Shown here piece by piece: positions 22,070 to 32,001 of a DNA stretch of 64,000 nt. Each line of letters opens with the position of its first letter. Position 1 is the first letter of the stretch. Made by a program: the position numbers and the translations under genes. The notes beneath the pieces were generated by a model. The model worked only from the letters and a program-made list of their open reading frames with translations, did not search any database and was not told the origin of the DNA. Location of the stretch: NCBI GenBank assembly GCA_052426225.1, contig JBNJNM010000011.1, positions 2,046,001-2,110,000 on the forward strand. Direction: 5' to 3'. This DNA is from Zancudomyces culisetae HAW-14-8 (taxonomy: Eukaryota > Fungi > Kickxellomycota).

Positions 22070-23794
22070 ATGGCACCAGGTGATTATACACCAGTTAACA
22101 AAATGAATGAGGCTGCGAAGGTGCGAAACGAAAAACGAAGGAGTTCAAGGATGGGAAGTACATTTGTAGACGCAGACTATGTTCCAAATCCATCCTTTAG
22201 TAAACGCAAATCTTATGAGCAAAACGAGATAGCCCTAACAGAAACCGAAAACGCATATACTACGGATACTCAACGAGCACGCGATGCAGCGCATGAAGAT
22301 CAAGGGTATGACGATATTCTCGACAGCTATGGCTATGGACAAGAAATTAGCCCTGAAAATGTAAACGCTCAAAGTAAACAAAAAAGAGAGAGTGTATATT
22401 TACATAAAAAAACACCATCACAATCAACCCGGAACAAAGTTAGCAACATAGACACTCCAATACAGGCTGAAAAAAACCTCGCGAGAAATGCCAATAACTA
22501 CGAGTATGGAACCTATACAGAGGCACCACTCAAAACCAAAGATAGAGAAACAATTGTCACAAGCAAGTACACAACTCCTCCCAGTGGTGAGAGGACAGGT
22601 AGCGTGTACAGTCCTGAACGTACACCTACCAATTTCCATGAATCTGTTGGGAACGTTGTGGATTCAAAAGCAGAAAGCAAGAAAGCTCTCAAACATCATA
22701 GAACATGGTATCAAAAATACATCAGAGGGTGCTACCTCCTTGACTGGTTTCTTTTGTTTCTGCTTGGAATGCTTGTGCTTGGACTTAGCTACTTGAAACC
22801 TTACCACCGGCCATTCTCAATCGAGGATAAATCCATCCAGTATCCGATACGGTCGACATTGATGCCTGCATGGGCACTGGTTCTCCTAACGGTGGTAGCC
22901 CCAATTCTCTTTATTCTGGTGTTTTCCCTTTTATATAGGCGTGGTTTAAACAATATTCAGGCGGCACTCCTAGGATTGGGCGTATCAATTTTATCAGCAA
23001 TGTTGATTGCAGAAATTGTAAAAGTCTTTGTTGCAAAGCCCCGTCCAAACTTTATAGCTAATTGTGTCATCAACGTACCTGAAGTAAACAGGTTTAATGG
23101 TTTCACTGGCGATAGTGTATTCAACCCTAACCTTATAAAAAACCCAAACATTGGCATGTTCAACACTGATATATGCGTAAACAAAAACTCCAGTGATGTA
23201 AACGATGCGTACAAATCATTCCCATCACAAACTGCGGCCATAGCATTTGCTTCGCTTTTCTATTTAGCACTGTACTTGGCAGGACACAGTTCGTTGTTCA
23301 GAGGCAAAAACCAGCTATACAAATATTTACTTTTTCTCCTACCCATAGTGGCAGCAATAATTATTTCAGTTACTGGAGTCAAGGACTACAGTCACTTTTT
23401 AAGCGATGTCGTCGGTGGCGCGATACTGGGAATACTGACAGCATATGTTGCATACAGGCTGTTTTACCCACGGCTCACAAACAGACACAGCAGAGACAGC
23501 TATGATATCAGGTTTTCCAAAACGGACCAGACAAACATAAACGGGTATGCCGAAGGCTATGAACAATTCACACCAACTTCTCATGGTAACTATACCTCCT
23601 ATGACGTAGACAATGGATACGATAGAACACCCATTGATAGGCCGTTTTACAATCGCAGAAGCACAGTCAACGACAATTATTTCAAATCCCATCGTACAAC
23701 GCATGGGGGTGTAAATATACGGCCAGATATCAATTCTCCAAACTATAACTATAGGAATACCTATGCCCACACCCACACAGTAGATGTTAATTAG
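22070..23794 (+). CDS. PAP2 / lipid-phosphate-phosphatase family membrane protein with degenerate catalytic motifs
   Basis: RPFSIEDKSIQYP, about 6 TM segments, C1 KVFVAKPRP, C2 SFPSQT (normally PSGH), C3 TGVKDYSHFLSDV. Confidence 0.88.
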   Translation: MAPGDYTPVNKMNEAAKVRNEKRRSSRMGSTFVDADYVPNPSFSKRKSYEQNEIALTETENAYTTDTQRARDAAHEDQGYDDILDSYGYGQEISPENVNAQSKQKRESVYLHKKTPSQSTRNKVSNIDTPIQAEKNLARNANNYEYGTYTEAPLKTKDRETIVTSKYTTPPSGERTGSVYSPERTPTNFHESVGNVVDSKAESKKALKHHRTWYQKYIRGCYLLDWFLLFLLGMLVLGLSYLKPYHRPFSIEDKSIQYPIRSTLMPAWALVLLTVVAPILFILVFSLLYRRGLNNIQAALLGLGVSILSAMLIAEIVKVFVAKPRPNFIANCVINVPEVNRFNGFTGDSVFNPNLIKNPNIGMFNTDICVNKNSSDVNDAYKSFPSQTAAIAFASLFYLALYLAGHSSLFRGKNQLYKYLLFLLPIVAAIIISVTGVKDYSHFLSDVVGGAILGILTAYVAYRLFYPRLTNRHSRDSYDIRFSKTDQTNINGYAEGYEQFTPTSHGNYTSYDVDNGYDRTPIDRPFYNRRSTVNDNYFKSHRTTHGGVNIRPDINSPNYNYRNTYAHTHTVDVN

Positions 23795-23994
23795 ACTGTG
23801 CCTTCTTGAGTATTTGGGTGTTGTTTATTAATTTATTTTGTTATTTTCTCTAATTTATTTTTATTTTTTTTGTAAATATAATATATCTCGGATTTTTTAA
23901 ATGTAAACTCTGGTACAACTGTAATAAAATCAATTCAATATACTTGGAAAATATAAAGTACAAAGGGAAACATAACCACAAGAAAAGAAAAAGA

Positions 23995-25497
23995 TCAGTT
24001 ATTGTTGCTAAATAAATAGGAATGTAGTCCTGTCTTACTCCCAGCAGCTCCTGACTTCCTACTTAGCCCAACTCTGCGTACACTAGGTTGCATCATACCT
24101 GATAATGACCCCGACTGTTTGCCCGCAAGGGTTGGCTTTAAGCCTGTTGAAGGTACTTTACCGACTACTTTGGTGCCTGAGGTGATGGCATTAGAAGTCA
24201 CAGTCGACTTTGAGGTTCCAGTTGTCGATTTAAGTGTGGGTGAACTGACAGTTGAGGTTGTAGAAGCTACAGGTTTGATGGCAGCTGTACTTGTAACTGT
24301 AGCCATGGCCGTGACCGTAGCTTTAGTTGTCCCAAGGGGTATCTTGGGTTTTACTGTAAGTTTAGGCACAGTTTTGAGGGGTGATTTCGATAAGCTAACG
24401 GATAAAGCTGGCTTTTTCGGGGAAACCAATATCTTTTTTAATGGTGATCTGGCCGTTAAAGTATCAGATTTCGTGGCTTTTGAGACCGCTGGGGTGCTGA
24501 GTTTACTTTTCGCCAGCAACGCTGGTTTTGTGGCGGCTTTGGAAACAACATTGCCCTTCTTTTTACCTTTATCCGCGCTTGCATGAGCGTCTGGCTTGCT
24601 TTTAGCGCCCTTTTTGGGTTTATTACTGCTTTTCCGTTTACCCTTGGTACCGCCACCAAAACTACTGTCGCTACTGGCGTATTCATCTATATTCTCTTCG
24701 AAATCATCACTCTCAGCCGCTGAGACATTATAGTCGCTGTAGTCGGACTCGCCATAATCTGCAATTTCCAACTCTGAAAGGTCGCTAGATCCACTGAACG
24801 AAGTTGCTGGCATGTTTAGCTTTGTCTTTTGTGAGTCCTTTTCGGATTTTTTGCTCGCTTTATCCTGAGAGTTATTCTCTTTGCCACTTTTTTTTGCCCT
24901 GCTCTGTTTGGTTGACCCACCACCTCTAGTTGAGGTCTTGAAATTAGGAATATCGCTTGATTCCCAATCAGAACTTGAATCTTCAAGCTTTCGTTTCAGT
25001 TCTTTTGCAGCCGAACCGTGGTGTGGATCGGGTAAAGCAATTTCAATAAACGGTTCGAGCTTACTCGGTGTGGATTTTCTCTTTCCAGGGCTATGTTTCG
25101 TCTCACCTTCGCTCTGTTCGTCGCTATCGCTATAATAACTCATTTCCAAACTATCAGTGCTGAGAAAATCAGCATGGTTATTCTTATTTGGAGTCGCTTT
25201 CTGCTTTATCCCCTCTTTAGGCGAAGAACCTGTTACATTTACAGGATTTTGCAGACAATATTCACATATATTCGTCTTGTGCTGGACAGGATCCTCTTCA
25301 ACTTGTGAGCTAACCTCAAATTTGACCGGCAGTATGATAATATCGTTACATTTAGAACATATTGTCTGTGAATTTAAAAAACTGGAGTCCCCCTCAATAC
25401 CTACACCCTGAGCCGAAACGCTTATTTTTGTCACCCCCTCGTCGCAAGAACTATCTATCGAAATAAATTCGTCTCCTGTGGTTTTATCTTCCGACAT
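23995..25497 (-). CDS. Hypothetical 500-aa Ser/Lys-rich protein; N-terminal CxxC...CxxC, C-terminal RVGLSR..LH motif
   Basis: Single long ORF; CSKC and CEYC pairs; acidic then basic disordered blocks. Confidence 0.72.
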   Translation of the reverse strand: MSEDKTTGDEFISIDSSCDEGVTKISVSAQGVGIEGDSSFLNSQTICSKCNDIIILPVKFEVSSQVEEDPVQHKTNICEYCLQNPVNVTGSSPKEGIKQKATPNKNNHADFLSTDSLEMSYYSDSDEQSEGETKHSPGKRKSTPSKLEPFIEIALPDPHHGSAAKELKRKLEDSSSDWESSDIPNFKTSTRGGGSTKQSRAKKSGKENNSQDKASKKSEKDSQKTKLNMPATSFSGSSDLSELEIADYGESDYSDYNVSAAESDDFEENIDEYASSDSSFGGGTKGKRKSSNKPKKGAKSKPDAHASADKGKKKGNVVSKAATKPALLAKSKLSTPAVSKATKSDTLTARSPLKKILVSPKKPALSVSLSKSPLKTVPKLTVKPKIPLGTTKATVTAMATVTSTAAIKPVASTTSTVSSPTLKSTTGTSKSTVTSNAITSGTKVVGKVPSTGLKPTLAGKQSGSLSGMMQPSVRRVGLSRKSGAAGSKTGLHSYLFSNNN

Positions 25498-26176
25498 TCC
25501 ACCAGAAATTGTGGATTAGCAGCTGGATCTAGATCAAAACAGATTTCAAAATACGACCTCCGTAGGTCCACGCACTTCTCTTGTGTTTTCGTTCTGTACT
25601 TTTGAAATAAAAAGTGGTGGATTCGATTCAATTCAATTACTCGTTAACGCGGACCGAAAAAAGTTCAAATCAGTTTTACGTAAAAATACGTTATATTCTG
25701 TCACCTTTTCCCTCCCTCGAGTTAGATATTCTTATTCTGTCCCAGTCAAAGGTAATTCTACTCTTCCTTTTCTTTGGAAAAAAAAAGTATGCTGGATTTA
25801 GTTTAACTTGCTGAATTTTATTTCAAAGAGAATATTTAATCGCGTCTGCCAACTTTTTTTTGCGTTTTCCAGCTCGCATTCCGTTGGCTCAGGGTGGAGG
25901 ATTCAAATGAAAAACATGATTAATTTTTTCATTTGTTGATGGAAACCAGCCGCATTCCTGGCCCAGTCGCCAAAACGCATGAAAGCAAATATAAGGCAAG
26001 AGATTCAACGGGTTTTGTCGCATTCTCGCAAAGTTTATTTCTTGTAGTTGATCCCACTAGAAATCCACCTTTCCAAAATGTTACTGGTAACAAAATAGTA
26101 AATAACACCAAAAGTGCCATGCTAGAGGTAAATTGGTAAACAAAAGAGAAAGGAATATGAAAAAAATAAATCAAAG

Positions 26177-27414
26177 CTACAAGAAACTGGTCTTAGAATC
26201 TTTGGTTATAACCTGAACAAGACTCCCGCTTTCAAATTCCAATTTGCCTGAACTCCAGTCCAGAATTTTGTTTGATAGCTCTTCCAACGGTGTCCATGAG
26301 GAGAAATCGGCTCCAGGCATTGCTGATCTGTTCATTGGTGTGTCTAGTGTTACCCTAGATTTGGATAAGTAAACAAAAGTATTAGAACATGATATTAGCT
26401 TTTTAATCGAAAATAAACCCAAAACATGGTTGATATGACAGATTCTTTTTTTGGTAGTTTTGTCGTTAGTTGGGAGGAAAAAGAAAACAATGTGTGGAAC
26501 TTAATAGTAGAAAGGCTTGTACATACGGAAGAATAGCCAGAACGTTGGAGTTTTCAGGCAGACCACTGCCATCGTTTGCCAGACTCTTGACTAGGTGATG
26601 AACGGCCGCTTTTGCCAATCCATACCCTATCATTCCAGGTGTGGCATTCAGTGATGCCTGGGCACCCGTAAACAGCAAAAATCCATTCCTAGACATAGTT
26701 AGATATGTTGTAATATAATATTTAATGTCATGAAAAAAAAAGAAAAACTTCCACCCTTTAGCTTCTTCTAAGCTTTAAAACATACATGAAAATGTAATAG
26801 TAAAAAAAATGAAAGCAGTGGAACCATATTCTTACTTTTTCAGATATTTTGAAGCAATATTTGCCGAAATAACAGAAGAGTAGATCGATTGGTTGATACA
26901 TGCCTCTGTAGAACTCAGAAAACCTATAAATTTGAATAAAGAAAAGTCTTGTTGTTAATGCTATTCATTTTACCAACAAAATAGCAAATTAATAGTAAGA
27001 TACCACAAAAACACAAGACCTACCCTTATCGCTAGCATTACCACCGGCCCAACCCCCAGCAACGCACAAAATAGAATCGACACTGTTAGCTTGTACACCA
27101 AGATTGTGCATTTGTTGTGCGACTTCGGCTCCCTGATGTTCCAGATTTTGGTTGGGTTTTACCAAAACATTTTCGGTGGCTTCGGAATTGGCCTTGATAT
27201 CGATGCTGATCACTTTCTAAATGCAGAATAACATTTATTTTTATTATAATATTAATACTAGAAATGTGTTCATGTTTCAAGAGAATTTCGGATTGTTAAA
27301 CCGAATAAAGAGCACAAAATGAAAAAGGGTGGTTCTTACCCATCCACTACTGATAAACTTTTTTACTATAGATGAGCCTAAGGCTCCACTACCTCCATAT
27401 ACTACTGAAAGCAT
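26177..27414 (-). CDS. QDPR: Dihydropteridine reductase (SDR family), 5 exons
   Basis: [85 protein letters not shown]. Confidence 0.93.
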
Positions 27415-27790
27415 GTTGGTTTGCTATGATATTTTACTCTGGAAAGGAGAGATAAGTGTGTGTATTTATATGTTATTTTGAATGAGCTTGGAAAACGAGT
27501 GTGGGAAAGCTGGATTTGGTTTCATGTTGCTTTATTAATTTGTAATACGGAGACTTTTTTTGCGAGTAATTATTAGCCAACGGGGTGTAGATTTCCAGGA
27601 ATACTGTATGGAAAATGAAACCTGTTAATTTTGCACAAACTATGAGAAAAAGGACGAAACCAGGAGGTTGGCGATACATGCACATCTTTAAACCCAGCAT
27701 GTTGTACCAACTTCCGAACCCATCTTTTTTCCTCTTTTTACCCCCTTTCACCTCTGACAAATAAATAAAAAACAGATAAAAAGTAAAGGA

Positions 27791-27807
27791 GGGGGGGGGG
27801 GGGGGGG
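27791..27807 (+). repeat. G17 homopolymer
   Basis: Seen directly. Confidence 0.9.
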
Positions 27808-29132
27808 TGAGAAAAGTAGACATGAAGTGGCTCTAAATGTGTGGTTTTTATTAATTGTGAAAAAGAGATGCAACTCAAAAAAAAACGGGTGAAACCGATA
27901 AGCCAAAAGGCAATGTAACCTTGGTATCTGTCCTGAATAATTAACAAAGCAACTTTAATTAGGTTGGTAAATGAAACGTGTCTGTTAAACCAAAATAGAA
28001 TGCCCTCCCATATGGCTTGATATACACATACTTTACCGACACAAAGTTTCAGGTCCTCGATGTTTTCCTGTTTACAAATCCTCTAGTACCTCTTTATCTC
28101 TCTATCGATTTTGCTCTGCCATCGTCATTGATACAGTTAGACGAACTGAACTGGGAAATAAAGCGCAGATACCAAATTCAATGTCAAAGTAAGGTTGTTA
28201 TTTTGACTCTTAAACTTGGCCTTTCTACCTTATTAACTCAAGAATCGCGCTTGTGTTGTAACAACTAAACAGAAAGCAAATATATGCATATGTATATATA
28301 TATAAAGCAAGTACACCCCGATGAGCATGGAGCGAAGCAAAAATAAAAAGAGAGAGAAGGGAGAACCGGAGGATAATGTAAAAAGAAAATCATCATTGCA
28401 AGGCCAACCATGCTATATTTTCTATTCTGGACAGAAATTAACCAAAGCAAAATACATAGTACCCTAGCAACGATGGCTATATGAAACCGACTGTTTTCCT
28501 AAGCCTGTATGTATTTTGTAATATCTGTCGATTTGTTGAATAGAAAAAAAGTGTTTTTTTATTTAATTTGGTGTTAGAGATGCGATTTTGAGACTTTTAT
28601 ACTCCCAAAGAATTATTATTGAAATCTGGAGTTGATGAGATTTAGTCGGCACTTGATACTGATTTGCTGAAAAAAATAATTTTTTTTCCCATTACAATCC
28701 AAAATTATTGCAACAAATTCAGGAATATACAATTTCCTTCATCACCTTTCCCTATTACCTTTCCGCTACACTCCCTTGTTCACTCCTTGATTTTAATTTT
28801 CGAGTTCACTTTTCGCGAGAAATGACAGAATTGAAAATGAAAAATCCAACAAGCTTAAAATAAACAATTCATCATTAGCCATCTATTCGTGGATTTTACT
28901 TTTATCTCGCTTAATCTAACACCGAATTTGATGAATTTTAAAAGAACTAAAAATCACAGAAATGAGAAAAAGCTGAAATTAGTGGAAAAGAGGTAATGAA
29001 AGAGGAAATACGAATAAAAAGCAAATAAAAAATAAAAGGTGTAAAACACACTTCAACAACTCTCGAATACTGCAAGGCTAGTTTAATTGTAAAAGAGAAT
29101 AAACGGAGAGGATAGAGAGGAGAGAAACAGAA

Positions 29133-31823
29133 ATGGCCGTAGAACTGGATTTTGAGCAGGATTTTTGGGCAGAAGATCTTATTGAACAAAAGGAGGAAGG
29201 GGAAATTGAAGAAAAGAATGGGGACCAGGAGAAATATATCCTATCTAGGATTTGTAGCTATTTAGACAACCAGACAGATGTTTTAGAGTTTTGCACAGTC
29301 AATTCGATTTTTAATGAGGCGGGGACAATTGAACTCTATAAATGTCCACGAATCTACAATAAAGAAAGTTTGGCAAAGTACGAGGCACTGGTGAGACAGA
29401 AAGTAGAACTTTTGAAATATGTAAAGGGGTATAAAATCATAGGAGCAGAAAACATTTTATCAAGAAACGGGGAGGGTAAAGGCAGTGAAGCTGTAGAAGA
29501 ATTTCTGAACAGGGATGTTAGGGACAACGAGCAAGAGAAAATGGAATTACAAGTCGACGAAAACACACAATTGCTAAGAAAGGCGCACACGGTAATTAAC
29601 CTAGTGGGCAAAAGCGGCCAGAATATGGAGACATTGCATATGTATGGCAGTGGATTTCAAGCGCAAGATTTCAGAATTATGGCGGCAATGGTGCAAAATT
29701 TACAAGAGCTGGAAATAGTAGGCCGACCAGAAAATGATTTAAGCTGGCTAGCTCAATTTATAGCAGCACAACGGGGGCTAAAGCGGTTACGGCTGAAATT
29801 TGGAGCCGAGGTTGGTATAGACTTTTGGAAAGGGATCGCAGAGAGAATGGCAAATATCGAGGAGCTGGAATTGTGGGTACGAAACGAGAAGATTCAGGAT
29901 ACTTTGATGAAAACCAAGAGGCTACGGAGACTAAAAATCCATGGCAAAAACAACGAACTCGGTCAAAACACACTTTCAAAAGTGGTCAATAACAACAGCC
30001 AACTACGTGAAGTATCGGTGGCAGCAAAAGATGTTGGGGTGATGGATCTGTACCAAATATTGCAGCGAACAGAGGCAACATATAGAGCTCTTCGTAGCGT
30101 GCACATTAGTAGAGATAGCTTTAATGAAGTTGAAAACAAGCTGGAAGGGACAGAAGAAAATCTAAACCGGACCAGCAAACTGGTAAATTTGAGTGTGGAG
30201 CGGATCAATTTGACACGTAAAAACACAGCGATTGTATTAGGAAGACAGCCAAATCTGAAGACACTATCAATAGTTGGCGCAGGGGTCACAGCAGGAGTAG
30301 TTGTCCACATACTACAAAATGTGAAGCAGCTAATTGGGTTATACGTTAATAGCAACACCATTAATGATGGGTTGTTTCGACCAGTTCTTGAGAAGCACGG
30401 CAAACACCTGAAATTTTTTGGTGTAGAAAACTGTGAGTTGCATGATACTGAACGCATTAAAAATCTGCTCAACAATTATAAAACCATCGATACACTGTTT
30501 TTGAGTGGAATTCAGGTAGTTAAAAGGAAAGTTGAAATGGTCAAAACCCTTGATGAAGGCTCCAATCGACAATATATTGACATTGCAAACGAACCATTGA
30601 TACCAGACGATTTGGATATTGAGAATACCACCGCCAATAACAATAATAATGCGTATAATGATGTTATTGATCTTGAAAGCAGTGAAGCTTATAATACGTC
30701 AAGTAAGAATAAGTTGCAAAGCATTTTTGATGTAAAAACCAAAAAACCTAATTCTGAAACTTCTGCCATAAATAACAACACTGTAATGTTCAATTCAAAC
30801 TCTAAAAGAGCAGACTTCAACCCTTTAAAAAGGCCATACAACCAAGTTTCAAACGACGTCTCTGGCTACTCTCCAACAAGTCAGCACGGAACACAAAAAC
30901 TTCGTTCAGCACTGAAAAAACCAAAAATAAGCGCAGAGCCGTTTTTAGGTCTTAACTGGATGTCTACAGAAGAGTTTTTAGAAGACTCAGTCGATGCCCA
31001 GCCTCATACTAATGGGCAGCAGAATGTCATTATTCACCCTAGCGCTCGACTAGTTGTCCCCATATCCCTTACCGAAGCTATGAATAATCCTGGGGGACCA
31101 AACTTTGTATACGAACAACAAGTATACTTGCGGAACAAAGCTCAACAACAAAACCAGATGCAGATGCGAGGTCGGCGACAAGGGCAAGGACGAGGACAAG
31201 GAGAATTCTTTAAAGATAACCAAACGGTTCCGGCTGGCAAACGCGTCTCGTTTTTGGGACTTTTGCCTGATACATCAATTCAAAAAGATAGTGCAAATGT
31301 TGCTGCTGTTTCTAATGGATCTGTCAACAAAAACGTCTTGTTTGTCAATTCAAAAAAACCAGCTAGTTTGGTACTTCCCAAACGTAAAAGTGATCCCATC
31401 AACAACATCTCTACATCAACCAACAATGGATCGTTATATCAAAATGAAAATAAAGATATTGTCGTTCAGAAGAATAATGACGCTACTCTTGCAAGCAACA
31501 TTGTAAATACCAACAACCTACCAGCACCAGCACCAGCTCCATCTACATCTATATCTACATCTATATCTACACCTAATCCTACACCTAATCCTACACCTAC
31601 ACCCAAACCTCTTCCAAAAAAAGTCGAATATATCAAACTTCAAGTAGAAATCGAAGAGGGCAAAAAACAAATCTTCAAGTATTATGAAAACCAAGATCTA
31701 AACCAAACAGTATTACAGTTTTGCCAAAACTTCAACCTACCCAATCTTGTTGACGGACTTAAAAAACTGGTAAAACAAAAACTGGCTGCCAAAAAAAGAG
31801 CTAAAATGAATTCCTTGCCATAA
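29133..31823 (+). CDS. F-box-like / RNI-like leucine-rich-repeat protein, 896 aa
   Basis: F-box-like ILSRICSYLDNQTDVLEFCTVNSIFNEAGTIELYKCP, followed by LxxLxL repeats (NLQELEI, GLKRLRL, NLKTLSI, HLKFFGV). Confidence 0.7.
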   Translation: MAVELDFEQDFWAEDLIEQKEEGEIEEKNGDQEKYILSRICSYLDNQTDVLEFCTVNSIFNEAGTIELYKCPRIYNKESLAKYEALVRQKVELLKYVKGYKIIGAENILSRNGEGKGSEAVEEFLNRDVRDNEQEKMELQVDENTQLLRKAHTVINLVGKSGQNMETLHMYGSGFQAQDFRIMAAMVQNLQELEIVGRPENDLSWLAQFIAAQRGLKRLRLKFGAEVGIDFWKGIAERMANIEELELWVRNEKIQDTLMKTKRLRRLKIHGKNNELGQNTLSKVVNNNSQLREVSVAAKDVGVMDLYQILQRTEATYRALRSVHISRDSFNEVENKLEGTEENLNRTSKLVNLSVERINLTRKNTAIVLGRQPNLKTLSIVGAGVTAGVVVHILQNVKQLIGLYVNSNTINDGLFRPVLEKHGKHLKFFGVENCELHDTERIKNLLNNYKTIDTLFLSGIQVVKRKVEMVKTLDEGSNRQYIDIANEPLIPDDLDIENTTANNNNNAYNDVIDLESSEAYNTSSKNKLQSIFDVKTKKPNSETSAINNNTVMFNSNSKRADFNPLKRPYNQVSNDVSGYSPTSQHGTQKLRSALKKPKISAEPFLGLNWMSTEEFLEDSVDAQPHTNGQQNVIIHPSARLVVPISLTEAMNNPGGPNFVYEQQVYLRNKAQQQNQMQMRGRRQGQGRGQGEFFKDNQTVPAGKRVSFLGLLPDTSIQKDSANVAAVSNGSVNKNVLFVNSKKPASLVLPKRKSDPINNISTSTNNGSLYQNENKDIVVQKNNDATLASNIVNTNNLPAPAPAPSTSISTSISTPNPTPNPTPTPKPLPKKVEYIKLQVEIEEGKKQIFKYYENQDLNQTVLQFCQNFNLPNLVDGLKKLVKQKLAAKKRAKMNSLP

Positions 31824-32001
31824 GTGTGTTTATCCACCTTTTTCATACAAAAAATTTTGCCCACTAACTCATACATGTTTGTTACAATACTAGACTCTAT
31901 TTATTATGTACAGCATAAAAAGAACTTTTTTTTTTTGTGTAAAACTAAAAAACATCTTTGAAAATAATATCATTATAACTTTCTATTTCTTGTTCAACAA
32001 C

